This document shows positions 42,758 through 52,649 of a stretch of DNA of 64,000 nt, piece by piece. Numbering within the stretch: position 1 is the stretch's first letter; each line of letters opens with the position of its first letter. Source of the DNA: Thermoleophilia bacterium (GTDB lineage Bacteria; Actinomycetota; Thermoleophilia; Gaiellales; JAICJC01). The stretch covers positions 2,898 through 66,897 of the forward strand of contig JAICJC010000001.1 of the NCBI GenBank assembly GCA_025928655.1. The letters are read 5' to 3'. The translations under genes and the position numbers were made by a program. The notes beneath the pieces are model-generated. The model was not told the DNA's origin. It saw only the letters and a program-made list of their open reading frames with translations, and did not search any database.

Positions 42758-43660
42758 ATGACCGCCGCCGCCGAGATCGCGACCGAGGCGCCGACAATGC
42801 CCGCCGAGCCGCACGATTCCGTTGCGGCGCGGATCGGCCGGGCGGTCGCCAAGGCGCCGCTGCAGATCTTCCTGATCCTCGTGGCGCTGCTCTGGCTCGT
42901 GCCGACATTCGGCCTGTTCATCACGTCGATCATGCCGACGTCGCTGGTCAGCCAGGAAGGGTGGTGGAAGTTCTTCTCCCACCCGAGCATCGCGACGTTC
43001 TCCAACTACCGGGCCCTCTACGACAACTCCACCATCACGTCGTCGCTGCGCACCACGGCGGAGATCGCGATCGGCGGCACGGTGCTCCCGATCCTGATCG
43101 CCGCGCTTGCGGGATACGCGTTCGCATGGCTCGAGTTCCCGGGGCGCGACATCCTGTTCGTGGTCGTGATCGGGCTGCTGGTGGTGCCCGTGCAGATGGC
43201 CCTGATCCCCATCTTCAGCATCTACGACCATCTCGGCCTGTTCGACACGGTGCTCGGGCTGGTGCTCTTCCACACGGCGTTCGGGCTGCCGTTTGCGATC
43301 TTCCTGCTGCGGAACTTCTTCGTCGGCATCCCCCGGGACATCCTCGAGTCCGCGCGCATCGACGGCGCCTCCGAGATGCGCATCTTCATCCGCCTCATCC
43401 TGCCGCTCGGGCTGCCGGCGATCGCGTCGCTTGCGATCTTCCAGTTCCTGTGGACGTGGAACGACCTGATCGTCGCGCTGACGCTCGCCCGCAACACGCA
43501 GCCGATCACCGTGGCGATCTTCTCCCAGATGCGCGAGTTCGGCACCAACGTCGACATCATCGCCCCGGCCAGCTTCATCTCGCTCGTGGTGCCGCTGATC
43601 GTGTTCTTCGCCTTCCAGCGCTACTTCGTGCAGGGGCTCCTGGCGGGGTCGGTCAAGTAG
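42758..43660 (+). CDS. sugar ABC transporter permease (MalG-like)
   Basis: ATG at 42758 lies 7 nt after SD GGGAGG (the track GTG at 42752 is too close to the SD). Motif ILESARIDGASEMRIFIRLILP. Confidence 0.85.
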   Translation: MTAAAEIATEAPTMPAEPHDSVAARIGRAVAKAPLQIFLILVALLWLVPTFGLFITSIMPTSLVSQEGWWKFFSHPSIATFSNYRALYDNSTITSSLRTTAEIAIGGTVLPILIAALAGYAFAWLEFPGRDILFVVVIGLLVVPVQMALIPIFSIYDHLGLFDTVLGLVLFHTAFGLPFAIFLLRNFFVGIPRDILESARIDGASEMRIFIRLILPLGLPAIASLAIFQFLWTWNDLIVALTLARNTQPITVAIFSQMREFGTNVDIIAPASFISLVVPLIVFFAFQRYFVQGLLAGSVK

Positions 43661-43661
43661 C

Positions 43662-44768
43662 GTGGCCGACCAGCCGGTCGCCGTCGTGGGATCGGGGCTC
43701 GCGGCCTTCTGCGCCTACGTCACGCTTCGGCACGGCGGCCTGGAGCCTGGCGAGGTGGCGGTGTTCGGCCCGACCGCCGACCCCGCCCATGCCTGGCGCC
43801 GGCGCGCGGACGCGATCAGCCAGCGGGCGATGCGATCGGAGAGCGACGGCCACTGCTTCGCATCGAGCTTCCCCGGTCTCGCGATCCGCACGATCAACCG
43901 GCGCAGCAGCCTGGGGCCGCTCGTCCAGACCGTCCTCGACCGGTACCACCCGACCGTCGAGGAGTTCCTCGACCACGTGTCCGCCCTGCGGGCCCGTTGC
44001 GGCTGGGACGAGAGCCTGCGTCCCGCGCGGGTCGAGCGTGTCCGCGCCGTCGGCGAGGGGTTCGAGATCGACGGGCAGGGGCCGTTCGCCCACGTGCTGG
44101 TCGCGCCGGGGCATCCCGGGCTGGCGCGGCCGGCCGAGCTCGCCGGCGATCCCCGCGCCGTGCACGCCTACGAGCCCCACGGGTACGCCTCGAGCGTGAC
44201 GGTCGTGGGGGCGGGGCTGGCGGCAGCGACCGAGTGGCTGAACGCGCTTGCGGCGGGGGCGACGGTCGTGTCCGTGCGCCGTCGCGAGCCGGTGCGGCGC
44301 CCGCTCAACGTCCCCCGATCCCTGTTGTCGCGTCGGGGCCTCGGCCGGTTCCACGCGGCCCCCGCCGCCGAGCGGCTTGCGACCCTCGAGCGGGTGCTGG
44401 CACCGTCGTTTCCGCCCAGCCGGCACGTCGACCGGGTGCTGGCCGACGCCGCCCGGGCCGGCCGCTTCGCCACGGCCCCGAGCGTGAACGGCTCCGCGCA
44501 GATCATCTGCGCCACCGGGTTCGCGCGCGGATACCGGGCCGACCCGTTGCTGAGCAGGCTGGTCGACGACCACGGGCTCGAGACGGCCGGTCATCTGATC
44601 GTGCTGGATCCCGATTCGACCGTGCCGGCGCTGACGGGCCGCGGGCGGACGCTGGCGCTGGCCGGCGTCCCCGCCCAGTGGGCGTACCCGGCCGCGGACA
44701 CGCTGGCCGGTGCCAAGTACTCGGCCCGCCGCTTCCTCCGCAGGGTGAGGGCATGTCGTACACGCTGA
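43662..44768 (+). CDS. FAD/NAD(P)-binding oxidoreductase
   Basis: Two dinucleotide-binding motifs are present: VAVVGSGLAAF at the N-terminus and VTVVGAGLAAATE internally. 368 aa. Confidence 0.7.
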   Translation: MADQPVAVVGSGLAAFCAYVTLRHGGLEPGEVAVFGPTADPAHAWRRRADAISQRAMRSESDGHCFASSFPGLAIRTINRRSSLGPLVQTVLDRYHPTVEEFLDHVSALRARCGWDESLRPARVERVRAVGEGFEIDGQGPFAHVLVAPGHPGLARPAELAGDPRAVHAYEPHGYASSVTVVGAGLAAATEWLNALAAGATVVSVRRREPVRRPLNVPRSLLSRRGLGRFHAAPAAERLATLERVLAPSFPPSRHVDRVLADAARAGRFATAPSVNGSAQIICATGFARGYRADPLLSRLVDDHGLETAGHLIVLDPDSTVPALTGRGRTLALAGVPAQWAYPAADTLAGAKYSARRFLRRVRACRTR

Positions 44769-45958
44769 GAGGCCGGATGGAGTCGCGTCTCGCCGGATGG
44801 ATCGTGGCCTTCGGGGTGGCGGTGGCGGCGACGGGGTGGACGCGGGTGTGGTGGCCGGTGGAGCTGGCGGTGGTGATGCTGGGCGTGGGCCTCGCGTGCG
44901 ACCTCCTCCTGTACCACCGGCCCCTCGACTACCAGCCCGGGTGGGCGGCGCTCCCGATCGGCCTGTTCGAGCTGGGGCTGGTGATGGCGCTCGCCCGCGT
45001 GATCCCGATCGCGGCGCCGGCCCGCCCGGCGATTGCGCTGTTCGCGGTCGGCTGGGTGTCGGGGCTTGTCCTGGGGCAGGCCCTGCTCCCGATGCTGCGG
45101 TTGTCCTACGCCGAGGACGGGGGCGAGCTCGGTCGCGCCGGGCCGGCGCTCGCCCTGGCCGTTGCCGGCGTCGTCGCAGCCGCCGGTGGGATCGCCTGGG
45201 TGTCACAGCCGCCGACGGTCTATCTCGCCGCCGGCGTCCATCGCGGGCCCCTCGTCATCGACCGCACGGAAACGCTCATCGGCCGACCGGGCGCGGTGAT
45301 CCACGGCGGGCTCGTGATCAAGGCCGACAACGTCACCGTCCGCGACGTCACCGTCGTCGGCGGCCAGGACGGCGTGACCGTCGAGGGCGCCACCGGCGTC
45401 GTCCTTGACCGGGTGCACGTGCGGGGCGCCGAGCTGGACGGCTTCCACGTCCGCCGGGCCCAGGTCATGATCGACGACTGCTCCGTGCGCGGGATGCGAA
45501 GCCGGTTCGCCCAGGGCATCGATATCTCGTTCACGTTCGACCAACCCATGAGCATGGTGGAGGGGTGCCGGATCCGCGGCGGCCAGGAGGGGATCGTCTC
45601 GGACTCGGCGCGGGTGATGGTGGAGCGCAACACCGTCACGACCACCACGCTTCGCGGCATCACCGTGACGGAGATGTCGATGAGCTCCGTCGAGGACAAC
45701 AACGTCGACGGCGGCCTCGGGATCGGCATCTTCTGTGCCGACCAGTCGGAGTGCCTGATCGCCGGGAACCGGGTCGCCGGCACGCGCCCCGACCCCGCGT
45801 CGTCCGATCTCAGCAGGCTCGGCTATGCCATCGTCGCCCATTCGGCCGCGACCGCGTACCTGGAGGCCAACCGGGTGGCGGGCAACCCCCACGGGATCGG
45901 CGTCTTCGCGGGCGGCTACCTCCGCCGGGGCGACTCCGGCTTCAGCACCACGATGTGA
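44753..45958 (+). CDS. membrane protein with right-handed parallel beta-helix (NosD/pectin-lyase-like) repeats
   Basis: ATG at 44753 after SD GGTGAGGG. About 4 N-terminal TM helices, then repeated V.V....V.G motifs (VTVRDVTVVGGQDGVTVEGATGVVLDRVHVRGA...). Confidence 0.7.
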   Translation: MSYTLRGRMESRLAGWIVAFGVAVAATGWTRVWWPVELAVVMLGVGLACDLLLYHRPLDYQPGWAALPIGLFELGLVMALARVIPIAAPARPAIALFAVGWVSGLVLGQALLPMLRLSYAEDGGELGRAGPALALAVAGVVAAAGGIAWVSQPPTVYLAAGVHRGPLVIDRTETLIGRPGAVIHGGLVIKADNVTVRDVTVVGGQDGVTVEGATGVVLDRVHVRGAELDGFHVRRAQVMIDDCSVRGMRSRFAQGIDISFTFDQPMSMVEGCRIRGGQEGIVSDSARVMVERNTVTTTTLRGITVTEMSMSSVEDNNVDGGLGIGIFCADQSECLIAGNRVAGTRPDPASSDLSRLGYAIVAHSAATAYLEANRVAGNPHGIGVFAGGYLRRGDSGFSTTM

Positions 45959-45960
45959 CC

Positions 45961-45983
45961 CGGTCGGGGTCAGACCCCGATCG
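45961..45983. repeat. palindromic repeat, family A copy 5 (CGGTC-GGGGTCAGACCCC-GATCG)
   Basis: The same 13-nt core as the other family A copies, located 3 nt after the stop at 45956-45958. Confidence 0.55.
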
Positions 45984-46037
45984 GTCGCCGTCGCACCCGG
46001 GCGACACCTTTGTGACGCCCGATCCTTGAACTCGGTG

Positions 46038-47348
46038 ATGGAGTGTTTCGTCCGGCACGAGCCGGGGAAACGTGGCCTCACCTTGAGTACGCGTCGAATT
46101 CTGGGCGTCGCGGTGGGGGTCATGGGTCTTCTGGCAGTGGCCGCCGCATGCGGGAGCAGCAGCGGCACCGGCAAGGGCCCGGTCACGCTCAACTGGTACA
46201 TCTTCCCCGAGTTCTCCGGCGCGTTCGTGAAGAGCGCCGCCCAGTGCTCCGCGCACTCGAACGGCTCGTACAACATCAAGATCCAGACGCTCCCGAACGC
46301 GGCCGACGGCCAGCGCCAGCAGATGGTGCGCCGCCTGGCCGCCGACGACTCCTCGCTCGACATCCTCGGCCTGGACGTCACCTGGACGCCCGAGTTCGCC
46401 GAGGCCGGGTGGATCCAGCCCTGGCCGCAGAACCTGGCCCAGCGGGTCGAGAAGGGCACGCTGAAGTCGATGGTGGACACCGCGACGTGGGACGGCAAGC
46501 TCTACTCGGCCCCGTTCAACACGAACACCCAGCTGCTCTGGTACCGCAAGGACCTGGTGCCGCACCCGCCCACGACGTGGAAGCAGATGATCTCGATGGC
46601 GAACAAGCTCGCCCAGGAGGGCAAGCCGCACCACATCGAGATCCAGGGCGCCCAGTACGAGGGCTACACCGTCTGGTTCAACACCCTCGTGAACTCGGCT
46701 GGCGGCAAGATCATGAGCGACGACGGCCAGAAGGTCATCCTCGGGCATCCGGCCGTGGTGGCGCTCGACACGATCCACGACCTGGTGCACTCCAAGGGCG
46801 CCGACCCGTCGATCGGAAACCAGATGGAGGACCAGACCCGGCTCCAGTTCGAGGCGGGCGTGGCGGCGTTCGAGCTCAACTATCCGTACGTCTACCCGTC
46901 GGCCAAGGCCGACGTGCCGGACATCTTCAAGAACATGCGCTGGACGGTGTACCCGACGGTGAAGCCGGGCGAGCCGACGCACGTCACCATCGGCGGCATC
47001 GACCTCGCCGTCGGCAAGTTCTCCAAGCACAAGGCGCAGGCGTTCGCGGCCATCCAGTGCCTGCGCAACCCGCAGAACGAGATCCGCAACGCCGTGCTCG
47101 GCGGCCTGCCGCCGGTGCTCGAGTCGATCTACTCGCAGCCGTCGTTCCAGAAGGCCTACCCGATGTGGAAGGCCATCTTCCAGACCCTGAAGCAGGCCAG
47201 CGTGCGGCCGAAGACGCCGGCCTACCAGAGCGTGTCGCTGCAGATCTCCTACACCCTGTCGCCGCCGAGCTCGGTCTCGGCGAGCGATCTCGGGACCCTG
47301 AAATCGCGCATCCAGGACGCGATCGACTCGAAGGGGCTGGTGCCGTGA
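46038..47348 (+). CDS. sugar ABC transporter substrate-binding lipoprotein (alternative TTG start at 46083)
   Basis: Lipobox [12 protein letters not shown] and a family-1 SBP body. The start is uncertain among GTG 46035, ATG 46038 and TTG 46083. Confidence 0.85.
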   Translation: MECFVRHEPGKRGLTLSTRRILGVAVGVMGLLAVAAACGSSSGTGKGPVTLNWYIFPEFSGAFVKSAAQCSAHSNGSYNIKIQTLPNAADGQRQQMVRRLAADDSSLDILGLDVTWTPEFAEAGWIQPWPQNLAQRVEKGTLKSMVDTATWDGKLYSAPFNTNTQLLWYRKDLVPHPPTTWKQMISMANKLAQEGKPHHIEIQGAQYEGYTVWFNTLVNSAGGKIMSDDGQKVILGHPAVVALDTIHDLVHSKGADPSIGNQMEDQTRLQFEAGVAAFELNYPYVYPSAKADVPDIFKNMRWTVYPTVKPGEPTHVTIGGIDLAVGKFSKHKAQAFAAIQCLRNPQNEIRNAVLGGLPPVLESIYSQPSFQKAYPMWKAIFQTLKQASVRPKTPAYQSVSLQISYTLSPPSSVSASDLGTLKSRIQDAIDSKGLVP

Positions 47349-48316
47349 GGCCCCCGTTGGGGACGCCCAGGCTGGGTGCGGTCGCCGACGCCGGCGTGCA
47401 GGTCGGACAGCCCCCGCGCAAGCGGATGCTCACGGAGCGGCAGCGGGCCGAGCGCAAGCTGGCCTGGATGCTGTGCGCCCCGGCCGTGGCCGTCATGGCG
47501 CTCGTCGCGATCTACCCGATCATCTACGCCATCTACCTGTCGTTCCAGCGCTACGACCTGCGCTTCCCGGCCGACAAGACGTGGGTCGGGATCTCGAACT
47601 ACACGACGATCCTCACGTCGACGAGCCTGTGGTGGCAGGCGTTCGGCGTCACGGTGCTGATCACCGTCGTCTCGGTGGTCATCGAGCTCGTCCTGGGGAT
47701 GCTCGCCGCCATCGTCATGCACCGGGCGATCTTCGGGCGCGGGATCGTCCGCACGGCCGTGCTGCTCCCGTACGGGATCGTCACGGTCGTCGCCGCCTTC
47801 AGCTGGCAGTATGCGTGGACCCCCGGCACGGGCTACCTGGCGGGTCTCCTGGGCGGGAACTCGGCGCCGCTCACGCACCAGTGGCAGGCCATCCCGATCA
47901 TCATCCTGGCCGAGGTGTGGAAGACCACCCCGTTCATGGCGCTGCTCCTGCTGGCCGGGCTCTCGCTCGTGCCCGAGGAGCTGCTGCGGGCGGCCAAGGT
48001 CGATGGCGCGACCGCGTGGCAGCGCTTCTGGCGGGTGATGGTGCCGGTGATGAAGCCCGCGATCCTGGTCGCGCTGCTCTTCCGCACCCTGGACGCCTTC
48101 CGCATCTTCGACAACATCTACATCCTCACCCAGGGCTCGCAGAACACGCGCTCGGTCTCGATCCTCGACTACGACCAGCTGTTCACCGCGCTCAACCTGG
48201 GGGTGGGCTCGGCGATGTCGGTGCTGATCTTCCTCTTCACCGCGCTGATCGCCTTCGGCTACATCAAGGGCTTCGGGGCGGCCGCCCCCGGCCAGGACGT
48301 GAGGGGGGTGCGATGA
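47345..48316 (+). CDS. sugar ABC transporter permease (alternative ATG start at 47426)
   Basis: GTG at 47345 overlaps the SBP stop (GTGA) and follows SD GAAGGGG. Motif [22 protein letters not shown]. Confidence 0.8.
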   Translation: MRPPLGTPRLGAVADAGVQVGQPPRKRMLTERQRAERKLAWMLCAPAVAVMALVAIYPIIYAIYLSFQRYDLRFPADKTWVGISNYTTILTSTSLWWQAFGVTVLITVVSVVIELVLGMLAAIVMHRAIFGRGIVRTAVLLPYGIVTVVAAFSWQYAWTPGTGYLAGLLGGNSAPLTHQWQAIPIIILAEVWKTTPFMALLLLAGLSLVPEELLRAAKVDGATAWQRFWRVMVPVMKPAILVALLFRTLDAFRIFDNIYILTQGSQNTRSVSILDYDQLFTALNLGVGSAMSVLIFLFTALIAFGYIKGFGAAAPGQDVRGVR

Positions 48317-49143
48317 ACGTCACCGCACGGCAGCGCGTGGGCTGGGGCGCCGCGAACGTGGTCGTGGTGCTGATCGCGGCGATCCCGGTGCTGTGGCTCG
48401 TGTCGCTCTCGTTCAAGGATCCGACCACGCTCACCGACGGCAGCTTCTACCCGCACAAGTGGACGACCGCGAACTACCGCGGCATCTTCAACCAGCCGCT
48501 GTTCACGCACGCGCTCATCAACTCGATCGGCATCGCCCTCATCTCGACGATCCTGGGCGTCGTCCTGGGCGCCATGGCCGCCTACGCGATCGCGCGGCTC
48601 GACTTCCCCGGCAAGCGCCTGCTCGTGGCCTCGGCGCTCCTGATCGCGATGTTCCCGGCCATCTCGCTCGTGAACCCGATGTTCAACCTGTGGCGGACGC
48701 TCGGGATCTTCGACACCTGGATCGGGCTCATCATCCCGTACATGACCTTCTCGCTGCCGCTCTCGATCTACACGCTGTCGGCCTTCTTTCGCGAGATCCC
48801 GTGGGAGCTCGAGCGGGCGGCGGCGCTCGACGGGGCCACGCCGCTGCAGGCATTCCGGCGCGTGATCGTGCCGCTGGCGGCGCCGGGGGTCTTTACCACG
48901 GCGATCCTGGTCTTCCTGTACTGCTGGAACGACTTCGTGTTCGCGATCTCGCTCACGTCCACCAACAACGCGCGCACGGTGCCGGCCGCGATCGCGTTCT
49001 TCACGGGGGCGTCCCAGTTCCAGCAGCCCACCGGGTCGATCGCCGCGGCGGCGGTCGTCATCACCGTCCCCGTCATCGTCGTCGTCATGCTGTTCCAGCG
49101 CCGGATCGTCGCCGGCCTCACCGCCGGCGCGGTGAAGGGCTAG
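48313..49143 (+). CDS. sugar ABC transporter permease
   Basis: ATGA overlap with the upstream gene. Motif [23 protein letters not shown]. Confidence 0.9.
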   Translation: MNVTARQRVGWGAANVVVVLIAAIPVLWLVSLSFKDPTTLTDGSFYPHKWTTANYRGIFNQPLFTHALINSIGIALISTILGVVLGAMAAYAIARLDFPGKRLLVASALLIAMFPAISLVNPMFNLWRTLGIFDTWIGLIIPYMTFSLPLSIYTLSAFFREIPWELERAAALDGATPLQAFRRVIVPLAAPGVFTTAILVFLYCWNDFVFAISLTSTNNARTVPAAIAFFTGASQFQQPTGSIAAAAVVITVPVIVVVMLFQRRIVAGLTAGAVKG

Positions 49144-49150
49144 GGGTCAC

Positions 49151-50350
49151 ATGGCAGAGATCGTCCTCGACCACGTCACCAAGCGATTCCCGGACGGCGC
49201 CCTGGCCGTCAACGACGTCAACCTCACGATCGCCGACGGCGAGTTCGTGATCCTGGTCGGCCCCTCGGGGTGCGGCAAGTCGACGACCCTGAACATGATC
49301 GCCGGGCTCGAGGACATCTCCGAAGGACAGCTGCGCATCGGCGGCGACGTCGCGAACGAGAAGTCGCCGCGCGACCGCGACATCGGCATGGTGTTCCAGA
49401 GCTACGCCCTCTACCCGCACATGACCGTGCGCGAGAACATGGCCTTCGCGCTGCGGCTGGCCAAGGAGGACGACGAGAAGATCAAGGAGCGGGTCGACTG
49501 GGCGGCCGACATCCTCGACCTGAAGCAGCACCTCGACCGCAAGCCCGGCCAGCTCTCGGGCGGCCAGCGCCAGCGGGTGGCGATGGGGCGCGTGATCGTG
49601 CGCACGCCGAACGCCTTCCTGATGGACGAGCCGCTCTCGAACCTGGACGCGAAGCTGCGCGTGCAGATGCGCACCGAGGTCTCGCGGCTGCAGAAGCGGC
49701 TCGGGACGACCACCGTGTACGTCACCCACGACCAGGTCGAGGCGATGACGCTCGGCGACCGCGTGGCCGTCATGCGCGCGGGCCAGATCCAGCAGGTCGA
49801 CAGCCCCGAGGTGCTGTACGAGCACCCGACGAACCTGTTCGTGGCCGGGTTCATCGGCTCCCCGGCCATGAACTTCCTGCCGGCGAAGGCGAAGGACGGG
49901 ACGCTGCAGACACCGCTCGGCGAGCTGCGGCTGCCCGCCGGCCGGGGCCGTGGGCTGGGCGGCGGCGAGCGCGACGTCATCATCGGGATCCGGCCCGAGC
50001 ACTTCGAGGACGCATCGCTGGTGGGGGCCGACAAGCGCGACCGCGGCGCCACCGTCAAGGCCAAGATCGACCTGCTCGAGTCGCTCGGCTCGGACAAGTT
50101 CGCCTACTTCACCGTCCAGAGCGAGCGGGCGACGGCGGAGCACCTGCAGGAGCTCGCGGCCGACGCCGGCACGGGCGACCTGGGCGCAGGCGAGGAGGGC
50201 GTGCAGGTGACGGCACGGCTCGACGCGGCCAGCAAGGCGGCCGAGGATCAGGAGCTCGAGATCTGGCTCGACCTCGAGAAGGTGCACGTCTTCGACCCCG
50301 AGAGCGGCGAGAACCTGACGCTGGCCGACGGCGAGCCGCAGGCCGAATAG
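49151..50350 (+). CDS. sugar ABC transporter ATP-binding protein (MalK/MsiK type)
   Basis: Walker A GPSGCGKST, LSGGQRQR, Walker B FLMDEPLSNLDA. 399 aa. Confidence 0.9.
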   Translation: MAEIVLDHVTKRFPDGALAVNDVNLTIADGEFVILVGPSGCGKSTTLNMIAGLEDISEGQLRIGGDVANEKSPRDRDIGMVFQSYALYPHMTVRENMAFALRLAKEDDEKIKERVDWAADILDLKQHLDRKPGQLSGGQRQRVAMGRVIVRTPNAFLMDEPLSNLDAKLRVQMRTEVSRLQKRLGTTTVYVTHDQVEAMTLGDRVAVMRAGQIQQVDSPEVLYEHPTNLFVAGFIGSPAMNFLPAKAKDGTLQTPLGELRLPAGRGRGLGGGERDVIIGIRPEHFEDASLVGADKRDRGATVKAKIDLLESLGSDKFAYFTVQSERATAEHLQELAADAGTGDLGAGEEGVQVTARLDAASKAAEDQELEIWLDLEKVHVFDPESGENLTLADGEPQAE

Positions 50351-50352
50351 CC

Positions 50353-50365
50353 GGGGACAGTCCCC
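50353..50365. repeat. palindromic repeat, family B single unit (GGGGACAGTCCCC)
   Basis: Lies between convergent stops at 50348-50350 (+) and 50370-50372 (-). Confidence 0.5.
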
Positions 50366-50369
50366 ATGC

Positions 50370-51221
50370 CTACGCGCGGCGGCCCCGACGCGGGCGCAGG
50401 CGGGCGACGATCTCATCGCTCCACTCGTGGGTGCGGATGAGCCGGTAGCGGTCGCAGGCGACGCGCAGGTAGGCCTCGGCGTCGGTGCCGTCGCCGACGA
50501 GCCCGGCGTCGTGCAGCATGGCCACCACCGGCAGGTACTCCTCCTCGAACCAGCGCCGGGCGGCGGTGGGCCGGTCGAGGAACGCGCGCTCGTCCTGGAC
50601 GAGCCGGAACGACCATGCCTCGACCGCCTCGGACAGCTGGGCGTAGTCCCACGGGTCGGCGACGCGGATCCGCGCCGCCATCTCCGGCGGCAGCGGCACC
50701 CGGCCGCGGAAGAGGCGCTGGTAGTCCTTGACGACGAGGTCGCCGCGGCGCGAGATCCCGTCCGCCGCGATCTCGGTCTCGATCTCGGTCACGCGGGCCT
50801 CGATCACCGAGTGGCGCAGCGCGAGCGCCACCGAGACGCGATGGTGGCCGTCGCGGACGAAGTGCAGGTCGCCGATGCGGTAGACCGAGATCGGCGGCAT
50901 GCCCCGCCCCCGCCGCAGCGCCATGTCGATGCCCTGCCACCGCTCCCGCATCCGGTTCGACCGCGGGCGGAAGCGGCGGTCGAAGTCGCGCGCGCGATCG
51001 ACGGTGCCGACGATGCTCGCGAGCGGGATCGTCTGCAGGCCGAGCGAGCGCTCGCCCTTGCGGCCGAGGGCGCGCACGACCTCGTCGAACGGGAGGATCA
51101 GGTTGATGTCGTCGGGCTCGCGGCGGAGCCGACCCGAGAGGGCGGCGAGCACCTGCCGCCGCCGCGCCCGCTGGAAGTCCGTCTCCGCGTCGACCTGGTG
51201 CAGGCCGGTGTCCCACGGCAT
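50370..51221 (-). CDS. ParB/Srx-like N-terminal domain protein
   Basis: ISVYRIGDLHFVRDGHHRVSVA (DGHHR motif of the ParB/sulfiredoxin fold). 283 aa. Confidence 0.7.
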   Translation of the reverse strand: MPWDTGLHQVDAETDFQRARRRQVLAALSGRLRREPDDINLILPFDEVVRALGRKGERSLGLQTIPLASIVGTVDRARDFDRRFRPRSNRMRERWQGIDMALRRGRGMPPISVYRIGDLHFVRDGHHRVSVALALRHSVIEARVTEIETEIAADGISRRGDLVVKDYQRLFRGRVPLPPEMAARIRVADPWDYAQLSEAVEAWSFRLVQDERAFLDRPTAARRWFEEEYLPVVAMLHDAGLVGDGTDAEAYLRVACDRYRLIRTHEWSDEIVARLRPRRGRRA

Positions 51222-51230
51222 GGCCGTAGG

Positions 51231-52649
51231 CTACCCGCGCAGCATCGCGCCCTCACCCGGGCCGAGGCGGGGGCCCGGATGCGTGCGCAGGAGCGGCTCG
51301 CCGGCCGGCAGGTCGAGCTCGTCCCCGCCCAGGTTCAGCGCGACGAGGACGTCGCCGCGCCGGTAGGCGAGCAGGCCGCCCGGCTCGGCCGCCACCAGCT
51401 CGAGGCCGCCGCGCAGCTCGTGCCGCAGCGCGATCAGGTCGCGGTGGAGCGACCAGAGCGAGGCCGGGTCGGCGCGCTGGTCGGCGACGTTGCGCGCCGC
51501 CGGGTCGACGGCGGGCAGCCAGGGCGTGCCGGTCGTGAACCCGCCCTGCCGCCCGCCGTCCCACTGCATCGGGTGGCGCACGCGGTCGCGGTTGTAGCGG
51601 TCGACGGGCGGGTCGCCGCCGGGCCCGTCCAGCAGGCCGATCTCGTCGCCCTGGTAGAGGAACGCCGTCCCCGGCAGCGTGAGAAGCAGCATCGCGGCGG
51701 CGCGCTGGTTGCGCTCGCCGATGCGCGCCCCGACGCGTCCGAAGTCGTGGTTGGACAGCACCCAGGCCGCGCCGTCCAGCCCCGCGGCGCGATCGAGCGC
51801 GCCGCCGACTGCCTCGGCCTCCCAGGGCGAGAACAGCAGCTCGAACACGAACGCGCACGTGAGCGACTCCAGGTAGGGCCCGAGCTCGTCCGTCGGCCGG
51901 TACACCTCGCCGACCAGGAAGGCGTCGCCCGCGGCCTCCCGCAGCGCCGCCAGGACCGGCCGGATGGTCGGCATCCAGTTGCGGGAGTGGCGCCGCTCGA
52001 GGCCGGCCGCGTCGGGGGTGTCGGGGAAGGGCGGCGGCCCGGCCGCGGGCGGGTCGTCGAGCAGGTCGGGGTGCTTGCCCAGCGAGTCGAGGGCGTCCAG
52101 GCGGAAGCCGTCGACGCCCCGGCCGAGCCAGGTGCGCACGACGTCCCGCATCGCGGCGGGCACCTCCGGGTTGCGCCAGTCGAGGTCGGGCTGCTCGGGG
52201 AAGAAGGAGTGCAGGTACCAGCGCCCGGCGCGCTCGTCGCGCGTCCACACCGACCCGCCGAACGCCGCCTTCCAGTTGTTCGCCGCCCCGCCGGCCCAGA
52301 TGTAGCGGTCGGGGTGCGCGCGGAACCAGGGATGCTCGATCGAGGTGTGGTTGGGGACGAGGTCGAGCAGGAGCCGCATCCCGCGGCGGTGCGTCCCGGC
52401 GACCAGCTCCGCGAGGTCGTCCAGGGTCCCGAGGCTGGGATCGACGCCGGTGAAGTCGGTGATGTCGTAGCCGCCGTCCGCGAGCGGCGACGGGTACATG
52501 GGCGAGAGCCAGAGCGCGTCGACGCCGAGCGCGGCCACCTCGTCCAGGCGGCGCGTGATCCCGCGGATGTCGCCCACCCCGTCGCCGTCGGAGTCCTGGA
52601 ACGAGCGGGGATAGACCTGGTAGACGACCGCGTCGCGCCACCACGTCAC
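51231..52649 (-). CDS. GH13 alpha-amylase family alpha-glucosidase (oligo-1,6-glucosidase-like)
   Basis: WWRDAVVYQVYPRSFQDSDGDGVGD, DLVPNHTS, GFRLDA, VGEV and SNHD motifs. GTG at 52649 overlaps the upstream stop (GTGA). Confidence 0.9.
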   Translation of the reverse strand: MTWWRDAVVYQVYPRSFQDSDGDGVGDIRGITRRLDEVAALGVDALWLSPMYPSPLADGGYDITDFTGVDPSLGTLDDLAELVAGTHRRGMRLLLDLVPNHTSIEHPWFRAHPDRYIWAGGAANNWKAAFGGSVWTRDERAGRWYLHSFFPEQPDLDWRNPEVPAAMRDVVRTWLGRGVDGFRLDALDSLGKHPDLLDDPPAAGPPPFPDTPDAAGLERRHSRNWMPTIRPVLAALREAAGDAFLVGEVYRPTDELGPYLESLTCAFVFELLFSPWEAEAVGGALDRAAGLDGAAWVLSNHDFGRVGARIGERNQRAAAMLLLTLPGTAFLYQGDEIGLLDGPGGDPPVDRYNRDRVRHPMQWDGGRQGGFTTGTPWLPAVDPAARNVADQRADPASLWSLHRDLIALRHELRGGLELVAAEPGGLLAYRRGDVLVALNLGGDELDLPAGEPLLRTHPGPRLGPGEGAMLRG

